NCBI GenBank assembly: GCA_022813865.1
Contig: JALDZX010000012.1
Span: 124,001-188,000, forward strand
Reading direction: 5' to 3'
Source: Xylographa opegraphella
Taxonomy: Eukaryota
Length of the DNA stretch: 64,000 nucleotides
Each line of letters opens with the position of its first letter. Position 1 is the stretch's first letter. This document shows, one piece after another, positions 12,130-25,710 of the stretch. The position numbers and the translations under genes are program-made. The notes under the pieces are model-generated. The model did no database searches. It saw only the letters and a list, made by a program, of their open reading frames with translations, and was not told the origin of the DNA.

Positions 12130-12400
12130 TGGGGGTGCTTGCTACCACCAGCGTTCGTGCAAACTTTACCAAACAGGTCGGGAGCCTGCTCGAGGAGATG
12201 AGTCCAGATGGTTGAAGGGGATTGGTCGGACCTTTCTCGAACCAACTTTGATTGACACCCAAGAACTTCACCTTTGAAGAACAAGAGACAAACCGTGACA
12301 TAAGAGGACGAAAGCTGTTCATTGAATTGATGAAATGTTTGCCACAATGGCCGCCCGAAGCCCGTAAGACGGCCAGAGAGCCGGTCAACCTCCAATAGCT
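12130..12400 (+). pseudogene. Decayed C-terminal fragment of an SRPK-like/CMGC protein kinase
   Basis: The frame from 12252 reads LTPKNFTFEEQETNRDIRGRKLFIELMKCLPQWPPEARKTAREPVNLQ*L. This resembles kinase subdomain XI (LFL.FM..ML.W.PE.RKTA.ELL..PWL). There are in-frame stops upstream and TAG at the expected Trp position. Confidence 0.5.
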
Positions 12401-13291
12401 GACGCGTTCGTCACATAAGTTGCAAAATTTTGCTTGCAGGAAGATCTCCAAAGGTCATTTAATTCTCTTGCACAGTTTCCAAGTGGTATCCCGAGGACTC
12501 AGGTCACGGCGCATAAGGAGGAAATACTTGGTCAAATTCATGCCAGTGAAACATTCTTTGCGACGTCAAGAAATTTAGATAATATGCTGATCAAGACGAG
12601 AACGATGTGGGACTGATTATAAACAGGAGTGGTACTCCTACCGCCAGAAATTGTCAGAGATCAAGAATCTTAGTGCTAGAGCAAATTCCAGACAGCAAGA
12701 TGTAGCATTGTTTATTGCGGCTGTCGGCTCAAATGTGGTAATGGTGCCAAAGTTTTCAGATAAGAGACAGCAACATGAAGCCCTCTGATAGCTGAGTACC
12801 AGATCAACTGTATCCAGTAGCCATTGACACAGCAACGATCCGTACGGCCCGCCTCATGCAGCCTATGGATTCGTTCGACGGAAGCTTGATACCGAATCCT
12901 TAAGTTTTGGTTCCCTTTCGCCTTTGTCAGTCCCACTTCAGATGCGGCGCAGAATCGGTTTGTTTACGGTTGTAGACTTGTCACCTTCTTTGCTTCCCAA
13001 GGAATTAGTGAAGATACGCTCGCGATTATTGAACTCTCAAAATTCCCAGAATCATATGTAGGAAAAAAGACTATTCTGGAGCCGGCGGCGGTGACGGTGG
13101 GCGTGCGACTATCCTTCAAATGGTTGCAACACAGTCGAATCGTTAACTCATCTCAGATATGATTTAATCAGGCTTCAATTGCACTATTTCAGGCCCGGAA
13201 TACTAGCTCAAGTAATCACCATGGTGGAGCGACCCAGTCCTGTAGTTTCGGGTACTGCCGGGGGAAATATGCCCCAGCTTGATCACTCGGA

Positions 13292-14130
13292 TTAGATGGC
13301 GAGTAGGAAAATAAGCATAGTGGCAATGACGCTTGATGACATTGTGCTATCAGGCCAAACTTTGGCAGCTAGGTGTAAGGCTGCAGAAGAAGGAGTGGCC
13401 AACGTAGAGACAGAAGGAATGACCGTTTGACAGGTCATTTGTGAGTCTATTTGAGAGGTCGCTTGAAGCGACGATTGTGACATGCTTTGGGATGTAAATT
13501 GTGACGTGGACTGGGACATGAATTGAGACGCAGACCGGGTAGTTAACTGCGCAGAGGGAACTGAGGAGATGGGGACGGATGTGGTAGAAAACGTGGGATT
13601 TGCTGGTAGTTGTATGGAGATTTCTTGAGTGGTCGCCAGAATCGAGCTTTGCGTCGGAGAGGCTGCCGGGTATCCAATAGTAGTAATGTTTGTGGTAGTT
13701 CCTAGGTTGAAGACATTCCTGCTGTCGCTGCAGCAACCTGTACTCCCGTCGTAGCAGCAAAACAAATCACTACCGCAGGAAAGCATAGGGCTCCCACTGC
13801 TTGAGTATTCTGAGCATTGTGTTAGCACTTTGTCTTGCTACGTGGAGGCTTTGGGAATCACCTACCTGTTCTGCAGAAGGAAGGACAAAACGGCGAGTTC
13901 CATAGTGGATCTGTACAGCTGCCCCGATTTACTGGAAATGGATTGGGTCCAGGTCCAGCAAGACAGAGATTATTGGACGTGCAAACTTGACCGGTAATGC
14001 AGCAGGCTCCCATTTTATCGGACGCGCATGGTGAATCTGGCGAGATTGTTCCATCTGGAAAATAGCAAGTCGTTGCTAGAGACTGTAAAGGCAAGAGATA
14101 GTATAATAATGTGTAACTAAAGGTGTACAT
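13292..14130 (-). CDS. Secreted Cys-rich, Ser/Thr-rich, probably GPI-anchored cell-surface protein, 2 exons
   Basis: Signal peptide, then CYFPDG..CC..C..N.LC..RGSCTDP.W.SP.CP.FC; intron 13810-13865 (GTAGGT..CTAAC..CAG); S/T-rich stalk; hydrophobic C-terminus. Confidence 0.8.
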
Positions 14131-14511
14131 AGGCCTTATAGTAGTGTTTCGAGAAAATAACTAGATATCACAAAACGATTTTGGAAACGCGTGATGCCAG
14201 AACTGGAGAAGATATCCGCGTTGCTTTTCTTTTTACAATTAATATCTGATTATCCCAAGGTAGTGCCTACTCCGCATTTATTAGTACATGGCACAGATTA
14301 CCTTAGCCACCAGCCTCAACCAGCCTCAAGTTTCATAGGATCTAGTTAGCTCGAAGCTATTCGGCAAGTGCGATACGGGGTAGTTTTAGGATATTTGTGT
14401 CTAGCGCGGGTCCGGACGCCATACACGCTCCGACTAGACTCCTGGAACCACAATCTTGAATCTCAACGTCGCAAATGTTGCTTCACGAATCAGAGCAATG
14501 GGATTCGCAAA

Positions 14512-17232
14512 ATGATTTCAAACCCAGCTCCGAACGCGTCTCACAAACGTAAGCAGCCTGCATCAAATTCTCACGCCTCGAGTACAAAACATAATGCCAA
14601 ACGCGTTAAACTATCATCTGCGCGTGCAATTCTTGCCCAATCTTCAGAGAAAGCTCTGAATACAAATGGCGAGCTCGACGTCTCTGCATTTGTCAAGGCG
14701 CGCGAATATGAAATTAAGTCTTTGGAGGCCAGCATGGGGTCGTCCAAGAAGGCTCTGACTACAAGGGCATTCCAACAAGTCCCTAGAGAGCTGAGGCGGC
14801 GGACAGCAAGCCACAATGTCAAAAGAGTGCCAAAGAGGCTAAGGACTCGAGCGGCAAAGGAGGTAAGAACGAACTGAAAGCATACTTCGTTCCCCTGGGA
14901 AGCACACAGCGTTGATGAGGCAGCGGAAGGGGTTTAGATGAAGGTCGACAATACCCCTACAATTACGGCTCGAAGCCGTAATCTCACATCACAGAAACGT
15001 CTCCGCATCCGGGAGGCAAAGAAGCTTCAAGGTATTGCAGCCAAAGTGCGAGAAAAGCGAAAAGCCGCGCGTGCCCAGAAGACCGTAGGTGGAGACGAGG
15101 ATAAGCAGGACCTGCCATCAGCAATTCCTACCAAGGCTACTACAGGTACTCTGGCTAAAGCCCCAAAGGTAGTCTCGAAGTTTCGTAAAAGACAGATCCA
15201 CAAGGCTTGGCTACCCACCCACCTATATCATGCCAAGAGGGCACACATGACTCCTCCGAAAGAACCGCTCTGGAGATTTGCGGTTCCCTTGACGCCCACC
15301 CAGAAGAGCTACAGGGCTACTCATCGCGCAGGATCGATGAGGGGTTGTGTTTGTTGGGATATGAGCTATATGAGTATCCTGGGGGTTGAGGGTGTCGAGG
15401 CAAGCTTACTTGGCGTGCTACGATGCCTCGGAGTCCCAAGGGACATGCTGGTAGATTCCAAAGGACGCAATTGGAGACGAGGCACTAGATCGTGGAAAGG
15501 CTGGATCAGAGAGAGGGATGGAAATCAAGCCTGCATTGCCAAGGTTGATGTGTTTTGGTGTGTTCAGGAGGGGAATTTCAAGACTTCAGATCTCGCGGAC
15601 GAAATAACCAATACAAAGAGAGCAAACGAAAGAAGGAGAATGTTTCTTCGGGTCCATCCCTCGTCATTTATGCAACTCTGGACGGAGATTCTCAAAGTGG
15701 CTAAAATGCAACGGCCCCCGGCATCGGTCGAAGACTTGCGGTTCGAAATTGGAAGCATAGAAGTCATGGGACCAGACGCTACTGAAGCACTCGTAGGTGC
15801 TCTACATCCTGATGGGTCAGCGGATGACGAACTTGTTACTCCTGATCATCCTAAGAGTATATGGCCATCTCTTGCTGCAGTGACAAATCCGGCTGCTCTT
15901 CCAGCAAACGCTCTTCTTGGCTTCAATGTCTCCGACCCTCGTCTCCATCATCCCCCTCGGACTGTTATAAAGCCACAGTCCTTATCGGACAACGAAGATC
16001 TTCTTCATACTTTAGCTATCTGGCCTCCAGACAAAGGCCAGTATGTACCGATCCTTTTTGATCGAGCTGCACGATTGACAGCCTCAAGATTGTTATCCAG
16101 TCAAAAGTCAATAAATCGTCGAAAAGGCGCTTCCATGCCTGGCTCATACCCATCTCCGCTTCCTACGGACCCTCAAATTCCCATTCTTCTTCAGGCATCC
16201 CGGCCAGAGACTAAGAATGGTGGGCAAGGATCATGGACTCTACTACTTCCCTGGAAATGTGTAGTTCCTGTCTGGTATTCCCTTATGTACTATCCCTTAT
16301 CTACTGGCGGCAATCCTCGTTTCGGCGGCTTGCGCGAGAAACGGCAGATTTCTTTCGAGCAGGGCATACCGTGGTTTCCCGCTGACTATCCAGGCACAAA
16401 GGCTGGCTGGGAATGGGAGCTAATGGAAAGGGAGAAGCGGAAGGCGGACTGGGCGAAAAGACCCAAAGGCAAGAGGATCGAGTGGGAAAGTGTGGACCTT
16501 GGTGAAAACAGGAAAGGCGAGATCGGTTCTGGATGGGCGTGCGACTGGGAACGACTCTTCAGCGGCGGACCTGCCACAACAGTTCCAAACACGAATGACG
16601 TACAGAACAAAGACGACTCATCTGCACAACCTGAGGTCACTTCCGATAAACCTGCTTCTTTCAATATCCACCATGTACGGGACCCCTATTTGTCCGTATT
16701 TTCAGCAGACAGAACCTCCTCCGCAATAGCCCCTGTATCAATCTCCCTGCTTCACCGTGGCGTCCCCACCACCTGCGCCCGTATCTACCGTCTTCCTTCC
16801 AGCAACCACTCCCGACTCGCTCAGTGGCTTGCACTTGCCTCGTCTCCTTGCACGAAGTCCCACAAAACATCCAACGCTTCATTCAGCAAACCTTTCAGAA
16901 ACGCTGCTTTACGCGAGAAGCGCGCTGCTCTCGCCGCCTCCCTCCTTGGCCCTCCATCACACGATCATACCGGACCACATACGGCAGTCGTCAGCGCGGA
17001 ACGTTTTGAGGCAGGTGATCCACGCTACCCTGTTGTTCCGGATGAGGAGGATCTTGTTGGCTTTATCACGACGGGGAACTTCAATCTAGGCGAGGGTCGT
17101 GGAACTGGAATCGGAAATGTTTTTGTGGGACGAATGCTAAATGGGATGGGGAAGGTGGAGAAGGAAGGCTTATGTATTGTTCGAGAAGCGGGAAGTGGGA
17201 TCGGGCGGCTTGCGCGATGGGCTTGGGCGTGA
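14512..17232 (+). CDS. POP1: RNase P/MRP protein subunit Pop1, 2 exons
   Basis: RAFQQVPRELRRRTASHNVKRVPKRLR; intron 14863-14937; WLPTHLYHAKRAHM, WDMSY, GGLREKRQISFEQGIPWFPADYPGT, LVGFITTGNFNLGEGRGTGIG. Confidence 0.95.
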
Positions 17233-17499
17233 ATGATTGATATCTATAGTCACGTATGTGGTTTTCCGCTCTGCAAGTCGCAGGTCATGATAGTAATGTG
17301 AGGGTGATTGAGATGAGACATTCCAAATCCGAGACTTGGCGTCTATACTAGGCCGTATCGTACAATAAAAAATAGTGGTGGTGGTGGTCAGAGTGGAGGG
17401 AGCTCCTTTTCAACAACCAGTACTGTAAAATGGAACCAACACGCAAATCGAACCGCGTCACAATTGCCGCCCAATTGACTCTTGTGTCCGGATTCCGGC

Positions 17500-17865
17500 T
17501 CACGTCTCCTGAGTGTGTCTCTCCTGTAAATATACAAGGGTTTCACCGCGTTCGATTTGACGTTTAGACTTCTCTAGCATATCCCTGACCGGGTTTGGCT
17601 GGTCCGCAAGAGTCTTCCACGGTTTGGTAGTGTACTTCTCCATCTCCTCCGTGCGTTTAACCACAGCTTCAATGCGCTCCAGCACATCCTTCGCTCCCCT
17701 CATGCAGCTCTCAACACACTCCAGAGCATCTATTGACCTCTCTAGAACTTGGCTTGCATACTCGGAGCCACAGATACCAAAAGTGATGCCATGTCTCTCA
17801 CGTCTCGGCAGTTCAGACTCGCTTTGGATGGGCGTTTCGGATGACGGGGGAGGCTGGCCTTCCAT
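17500..17865 (-). CDS. Hypothetical small helical protein
   Basis: 121-aa ATG-started ORF with plausible charged, amphipathic composition; no recognisable motif. Confidence 0.3.
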   Translation of the reverse strand: MEGQPPPSSETPIQSESELPRRERHGITFGICGSEYASQVLERSIDALECVESCMRGAKDVLERIEAVVKRTEEMEKYTTKPWKTLADQPNPVRDMLEKSKRQIERGETLVYLQERHTQET

Positions 17866-20504
17866 GTACGTGTCTGAGTCGTATGTGCATTAATCAGTGG
17901 TATAATGGCGGCTGAAGAAGTGGTGGGAGACTCAGAAAGTCGACTGTTGTGTTTGGAGTGCCCATGTCAAATATGGTACGCAGCGTGATGATAACCGGGT
18001 TGTGGATTGGGTGACTGGGGAGAGCAGAGCAGTACGGCTGTTGAGAGATGCATGCTTGTGGACGTGATTGTACAGTCTCGGGTTTGATTATGAGTGCTTT
18101 TCACTTGAACCCACTGCTCGAATGATAGCAAAGAAGAAAATTCATAAGAGGTACAAGTACGCGGAATGAAGCGTCAGAGTTTCCAAGCTAATACGGCATG
18201 AAGTAATTCTACAAGATTCTCAACATTTAGATTGTTTCATCGCCTGTGTCGTTGGAAGCTGAGATGAGAGTCGGCTATAGCAGCTCGCTAGTCATAGTGG
18301 CTCTGAGTCCTAACCGCCTTGAATATGATGGTGAGTGGTGTCCAATTTTCAAATTCTCCATGCCTTGGATAAAGTCCCTTAATTGAAGAGGGTCCGCAAC
18401 CCTTGGAGGACATAGGATTCCGATATAGAAGCCGGTTTAAGAATCACACACTCAGCATCCGGAGTTAAGTGAGGCGAATGATCTGACGTTCTCGGAAACA
18501 ATATTTCCTACCGGCCATTTTGAACCCCGCTGCTCCATATTGACTATAAATAGAAGTGTAGACCAGTGTTCGAGGGTTGGAACGTTCTCTTCATTATGTA
18601 CCAGACCCGTTATAACATAATTTCACCTATCAATCTCGGTAAGCATGACAGCAGAACGCGTAAATCCCCAGACATAAAGAGTTCTCAATACTGAGTCAAC
18701 AAGATCGGGCGTTGCAGGTGCGAGTAAGTAGATATCATGGTCATTCAACTGCCAGTCTCAGGGTTAGGTCCGTGGGACAGTATCAGTCCTTAGAATACTA
18801 GAGCATAAAACCATCCAGGTTACCAGACTTCGACGTGAAAGATAGAGTCTGCCATAGGTAACAGTGGCATTGCCTTGTCTCAATTCTCCCTCGTTTTTCC
18901 ATACCAAATTTGTATCCTGAATAAAGATTCAGAACGTTATATTGTAAATTAGGTTTCCAGATATTGCGGCTATTCTCGCCATGAAATATGGTCATTTTGT
19001 CCAGTAACAACGGAGTTATCGTCTCCACTGCTGCTTATAAGGAGGTATCGCGAAGGTAATTGAGTCGTTCCGTAGTTACATCAGTGAAGGACGACATTGC
19101 AAACATGCCGACCTTCGAGGCCAATCAAGAACACTCATCATTGAGGAGCGATTCGAGCGGATCCAGAGCATGACGAGATAATAGTAGTCCGCATCCAAGT
19201 GAACTCAGAATAATAGACCATTGTGGCCTGATGAGGCTTCAAGAGCAGATATATTGGCCTTGCTGTTTGCGAAAGATGCGATGACGTTGTCCAGTCCAAC
19301 TCCGACAGGCAGTGAGTGACTGGAAGCTGAGTGGCCCAATGTTATGATAAGCCGTTTCAACAAATCTCTTCGCACAAGGGAATCTTCAATATGTCACTCT
19401 AAACCAAAATGGTAAAACAGAAAATTTTATGGTAGTAGTGACAAAAGCTCTTCTAATCAATAGTATGTTGACGACAACGTCGCCCGAATGTGCAAGTAAC
19501 AAGCTCCAGTGCTGAGCATTCCCAATCCTGAGATGTAAAGTCAGTCCAAGTTAAAATATCCGAGTCTTGCTCATATATGACGTGCTCATAGTAACAGTGT
19601 TTGATGTTTGACAAACTCGAAGAGCGAAATTATTAGGGTCTTTCTGGGATTATATATGCTTTCGCACTTCTGTAACAAATTTTCCTAGTCTTGTAACTTC
19701 ATCTTCCCGCTTCTGTCAGCATGTCATGAGTATTACTGCACACGGGTCCGCGTGTGTTTGGGAGAAAGGGAAGCTCTAGATAGACCAGGAATTAGCAACC
19801 AATGAGTTCCTGCGCAACCTCACAACACAGCGGAACACCATCGAAGCTTGGGCACCGAAACCTTTGGGCTCGCAACAAAAATGGCAATAGCACTAGCTAT
19901 TATCCCTCATCGGGCCCGGGTTGATGCCTTGGATGTCAACTATGTGCTTGGGAGTACTGCAGAAACGGGCCTCGATGTCCTAGAAGAAAGCCTTGAACCG
20001 TCGAGTATTATGACCCCTGAGGCCCTAAGCAGGGCCGTAGTCTACGTATGCTCAGCTTCGGAACGTGACAGAGCGGTGGTTCTTGGACTTTGTTAAAGCA
20101 GCAATCAGCGTGCTCATTCTCAATAACTTTGATAAGAGGTTCATGGTGGCTTTATAATGTTTTAGGAATAGGAGACTTATCTCCTAATTCTTTAATGCTA
20201 ACTCATGGCATTCTATACGCATAAACATTCCACATCAACAAGGCATGAAGGACAGAGAAGAAACATTCACTGCGGGCTCTAGTTCTGTACAGGAGCTATC
20301 GGAAATGCTCGTATTCATCATACTATTGTTGCCAATTTTTGAAATAGCTATATGACTGCGCGGTTTATGTAACTAGCCCACCACGCTTAACTTCAAACGT
20401 AATGGATCACAAGGCAATATAGCTCGTTTTAATATATTGTACAAGCTGAAAATGCTAGTATGCACATCATGATATCTGGAGAACGAACAACCACGCCCTT
20501 TTCC

Positions 20505-21413
20505 TCACCAACCTCTGTTCCGCATGTCCTGAACCTTCGCCACGACAGCTCGAAAGCCCTCCTTGAACCTTTTCCTCCATCTCTCGCTCTTCAGCCTCTT
20601 ACGCTTGAGACCCGGCCGTTCATGGAACCTTTGCCGTGCCACGTCCCCTCTGACATTATTATAACTACATTTGGTCTCTAGCTTCTTTAGCGCTCTGCCT
20701 AAATCCAATCCCCTGTCCGGGTCCACCTCTTCACTTCGGCCAATGAAGGCGTCGAGGCGAATAGGAGGCGGTACAGGCCGTATTGAAGGCACGACATCAG
20801 CCCGATGGCCTATTCGCTGATCCATTATGTCATATCTTCCATCGGAATTATCCCCCAAATCCAAAGCATTGGCTATTCTACCTTGGTGCTGATTGAGATA
20901 ACCTCTTGTCCGTTGGTCGTCTTGATTGGCCTTTCTGAAGCGATCCGCGGATGTCTGCTGAGTAGCGCTACTATCGACGGTGGCGGTATATGTAGACGCG
21001 ACACGTGGACTGTTTGTCCGCAGCTTGGGTCTATTGCTGTTGATTATAGACGCTGTGAGTGACTGTACAGCATCGCGCTTGGCAGGTCCTTGTAAAGTAG
21101 ATTCTCGTTGTGATTGTTGTGGAAAGTCTTCATCGTCATGTTTGCTAGCAGCTGCTGTCGAGGCATGCAATGGCGAAGTCTTTGTCGCCAAACATCTCAG
21201 ACTTGTCAATGACTGCAAGCGAACAGAGGGTGAGGGATGCCTCAGCGGAATTGATGCACATGTCAACGGTGATACCGAGGGCGCGAGAAATGAGAGCAGA
21301 AGTGGTGACGGGCCAGATCTGAGGAGTGCATCACCAATACGCCGGGCTCGCATGACACCTATACTGAGGTCAGTAACACAGGTTCAACAGCACGTTAAGA
21401 TATACTCACTCAT
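20505..21413 (-). CDS. MRP21: Mitochondrial ribosomal protein S21 (bS21m)
   Basis: A 4-nt first coding exon (ATG A) and intron 21359-21409 (GTGAGT..CTGAC..TAG); Arg/Ser/Leu-rich presequence; C-terminal RALKKL..NNVRGD..RQRFHERPGLKRKRLKSERWRKRFKEGF. Confidence 0.9.
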
Positions 21414-21753
21414 GTGGGTGGCGGCTTTGTCAGATTGTCACAACTAGAAAACCGCCATCGGAGAACTGAGGTTTACCTTGCTGCGACAAAAAAAACCAGA
21501 GCTAATGTCCAGTACCGAGGATTAAGCTAGGGCTCGCACTAACCCAGCGAGAGCCAGTCCCTTCAGCCCTACCAGACGTGTAGCAGACTTTCAGCAGTCA
21601 AATAATAATGTCTGAAGCTTGACAAGCTACTTGTTCAGGCACAACTGTCACTACGGGCCTCATCTACTACACTCAGGAGTCGCTTCATTGTATTGATCTT
21701 TTGAGCCCGAGACTCTTCTCTGTTGACAACAAGAGCATTGAAGCAAAGATTCG

Positions 21754-24334
21754 ATGTACAATTATCCAGGTAAACATTTTTCACTATCAGGTTTATCATA
21801 TGATGAAAAAACAGATCTTGTTCTGTTCGAGATGGTTAGTACTAAGTTTAGCCACAGGAAATACTCCTTATGGCCGGCCTCCGGGGTTTGGGGGCTTCCC
21901 AGGACAACCAGGCGGCCCACAGGGAATGGGAGCACCACCAAGCATGGGCAGGTCAACTTGTGTCATATTCGTCTCGCAGTCACTTATGATAAATAGGTCC
22001 CCCAGGAATGTCTGCGCCCGGTGTAGGCCTTCCACCCGGTATGTCACAGATCAACGCGCAACAGCCAGGTCGACCTGGCGGGTTTCCTCCAAACTCCCAG
22101 CCATTCGCCAACATGCCGAACATAAACTTCTCTGCACCTGTTATACGCTTAGGTACTACTGGCCCAACAAAACCTTCAACTCCGCTTGGAGGAGATTTAA
22201 ACCGGAGGGACACCAATATGGAATCAAGATCTGCGCGCCCGGGACTGGGTGCTGGGCAGAGCATGGACGCACAACGTCAAGCTGTACGCGACAGTATGAT
22301 GCAACTCGTACCACCGACTAAGGAAGAGATAGTTCGGACAATATTTATAGGTGGTATAACCGAGGGTGTAGGAGGAGACGACGGGATTGAAAGAATATTG
22401 CGATGTGCAGGCAATCTACGACGTTGGACTCGTGCTGTTGATGCGGAAAACAAGGCATGCAGATTTGGGTTTGCCGAGTACGAAGATCCAGAGAGTCTTG
22501 CTACAGCAATAGATGTGCTGAAAGATGTGGAGGTTCCCGTCAAGCCGCAACGTGCTTCTGTTGTCAAAAAAGAAGAAATCGAGGAGGATGAGAAGGTTGA
22601 GAAGAGTGCTTTACTTGTGAGAAATGGTAGTCATCATCTTGTCTGTTATGCTGACATGCGTTTATAAGATCCTTATTGACGATGGTTCGTTAAATTACCT
22701 AGAGCAGTATCAAGCTTCTCGGGGAGACCAGGACCCCATTCAAGCTCAATTACGACTAAACGCTGCTAAGAGCGCCCTTGCAGGAGTTTTAGAAGACCTC
22801 ACCCATCCTACCGTTGCCGTTCAAACGAACGACCTCTCCAGTATTGATCGTGATGGAGACGTTCCCATGCAAAATGGCGAGGAAAATCAAGAAGCCGAGG
22901 TTGTCACAATACCTCTTACTATTGACGATGAGCTCTCCGACATTCCCGCAGAGATGCGTGAGACGGTCGCTAAGGAGATTGCAGCTTTCCGAGATCGAAG
23001 TAATCGTCGAGATATGGAGCGCCTCAAACGCGAGGAAGAGATAGAAGCTCTTGAGAGGCAAAGAAATATGGGCCAATCAAGACCTAGTCGACTCGCATCC
23101 CCACCTGCTGCTGCTCCAAGTGGACCAGCGGGTGGAGCCAATGGCATTCCTATCGGTCCTAGAGGAGTTCCTAACGCACCTGCCGGACCGAAAGGCTACC
23201 AGGGATCACAGATGCCACGGGACTATCAGAGAGGTGTCGCTTTCGTGAATGGTACCGGTATAAATGGTGCAAGTGCAGGGTGGATTAACCGTGAAGACGA
23301 GGATAGCGATGCTAGCGATGAGGAGTTGGAGCGAAGGCGAATCGAAAAGAAAGATGCAGAGCTTGAGAAGATATACCTTGATCAAGAGCGGAGATGGCTC
23401 AATCGAGAACGAAGCAGAACTGCAGCTGTTGAGAGAGAAAAGATTCGCGACAAGGAAGATGAGGCGCAACGAGAGGTAGAGAAAGAAGCGGTAGCGAAAC
23501 GGTTACGAGAATGGAACGACGATGTCGAAGCCACTCGAAAAGTCGAGGAGTATTATGTGGACCGAAGCTTATGGATTCGCAATCGGGCGACGTTCAGATC
23601 TCGAGAGGCAAACCTTGATGACCTGGATCGGGCAGCAGAAGAGCGGGAGAAGGCGAAAGATACGCAACAACAGAATCAAGCCAGAGGTATGGCAGATGAT
23701 TTCTTGAATCGTCAGGCCATCGAGTTAGAGTCGAAATCGCAAGCGCCCCGTGAGCCACAACGATTCAAACTTTCCCTTGGCGCCGCCGCACAGAAAGCTC
23801 AAGCCGCTGCTACCACTCGTCGGACTGTCGCAGAAGTTGAAGGCCTTCTAGAGGACGAAGAGGAGGCCGACACCACTACGAAACGAACACTCATTCCAAT
23901 CAAATTCGATAGTGCCGCTGAAGCATCCGGTTTGACGGATGAGGAGCGGGCACAGGCTGCGAGACAATTGGCTGCAGATATTCCTTCAGAGAAAGATGGT
24001 TTGTGGAAATGGCCAGTAAAGTGGGACTTTGTGGACGAGACTGTGCTAAGCGAGCAGCTTAAGCCGTTTGTTGAAAAGAAGATCGTGGAGTATCTCGGAG
24101 TACAAGAGCAAATGTTGGTGGAAGTTGTCGAAGAGCATATTCGGAAGAGAGGGGGGCCACAACAACTAGTTGAGCAACTGGAAGGAGTAAGTACCCTCTT
24201 CTGTTTGGCTCTTTTGTTGGAACTTACTCATATCGTTCTAGGCGTTGGACGACGAGGCGGAAGTCTTGGTTAAGAAACTCTGGCGCATGATCATCTTTTT
24301 CTCCGAGAGCGAGAAGCGAGGCCTTTCGGGTTAG
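21754..24334 (+). CDS. SNU71: U1 snRNP-associated protein Snu71/RBM25 (RRM + PWI), 5 exons
   Basis: Introns 21770-21857, 21948-21996 (GC-AG), ~22617-22668 and 24187-24241. RRM motifs RTIFIGGI..CRFGFAEY; R/E-rich coiled coil; PWI domain LKPFVEKKIVEYLGVQE..LDDEAEVLVKKLWRMIIF. Confidence 0.9.
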
Positions 24335-24712
24335 TTCAGTGGATGATCTAGCTCCAACAGCTAATAGTGCCTGTCCACTCTCTGGTTCTTTACCAATATC
24401 ATCGACCAGAGTCAATAGGGACTGCTCTGTTCTATACTATGAATGTTTTCAAACATGCCGAACAGTACAAGCCCCTCTTCCCGTGACGCTTCTTGCTTTG
24501 CACGACGATCGTGTACCATAGCTAGGACCAAAAATCATGCTGATAGAACTCAGTGAAGATTCGGGACCACATGATGGCTCTGGAGCAAAATTACCCTATC
24601 AATATACATTGAAAATCCCACAGCCCCAAGAGCAATTCCGTCATAACAAAACCCACTGATGAAACGCCTAGACAACAAATCTGATCCGAAGAAACCTCAT
24701 CGCATACCCATC

Positions 24713-25710
24713 TCACGCCAGCCACACCACGAGTCCTGTAACGAGCATTCCGCCCATCAACCCCACCCGCATCCCATCTGTTCGTCGGCATCCCGCCTCG
24801 GCTGCAAAACGTGCTCCACTACTTGACGCACTGCTTCCCGGACCACTCGCCCCACTGCCTCTTACCCCTCCGTTCCCTCCATACCCAGCACTCACGCCCG
24901 TCTCTTCCGCGCACCCGTAATCCTCCGTCACCGTCACACTCACCGTCGCGTTCTCCATCCAGGTCCCGTTTGCGCCGCCCGTCGGATACGGCGCTGCCGT
25001 TCCTGTCCTTGCCCCAGTTCCCACAAATCCTGAACTAACCTCACCCGTAGCCGAGGCGGACGCAGAACTGGCGGTCATGATGCAGGCTGAGCGGGGCGTG
25101 ATGGAGCTCGTACTAGGGACGATGGGACCCATGGCGGAAGAGGTCGGGGGGTTTTGGCTGGTTTGGCTGTCGGCCGCGGAGATGTAGAAAGGACCAGCGT
25201 AGTTGGTGCTGCCGGATTGGATGATGGCCAGGGCGTATTCGCCGACGGGGATACTGATGGAGGGGGTCCAACGGTAGGAAGGGGAGGGGGCGTTGACTGG
25301 AAGGGAGGGAGGTCAGTTGGCCGTGGGGCGAAGCGAGAGAGGAGTGAGATAAAGAAAACGCAAGTCAAGGGGTGGAGACGATGCTGGTTGTCTTGTGCTG
25401 TTTGATCATAGCATGCTGGATATGGATTGAAAGTAGGAAACGTACTCGCTATAGCTGCGACGGGGATGACGTTCGCCGGGCTGCCGTCGACGAGAGTGAT
25501 GTTCACAGGCTTGGAGGATACATTAGTGTACTGGGCTGGCAGTTCCGAGGCAAGAGGGCTTACTGTGCCGTCTCCGCTCCAGGTGAGGTCGAAGGGAGAC
25601 CCGATGGTGATACCGTAGTAGTTGTTATCTGTGAGCGCGACGCCTTGGACCAGGGAATGGGCCGATAGCCAAGTCAGCGCTACATGAGCGACGGGCTTGG
25701 ACGGAATCAT
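24713..25710 (-). CDS. GPI-anchored Ser/Thr-rich cell wall protein with Kre9/KNH-like N-terminal Ig-like domain, 3 exons
   Basis: Signal peptide; GSPFDLTW..PVNITL..SYRWTPS..GEYALAIIQ..NYAGPFYI after removing introns ~25511-25564 and ~25297-25445; S/T/G-rich stalk; hydrophobic C-terminus. Confidence 0.8.

Noticed and set aside
21770..21857. Box C-like ATGATGA in SNU71 intron 1
   Set aside because: No downstream CTGA box D, and the intron is too short for a snoRNA.
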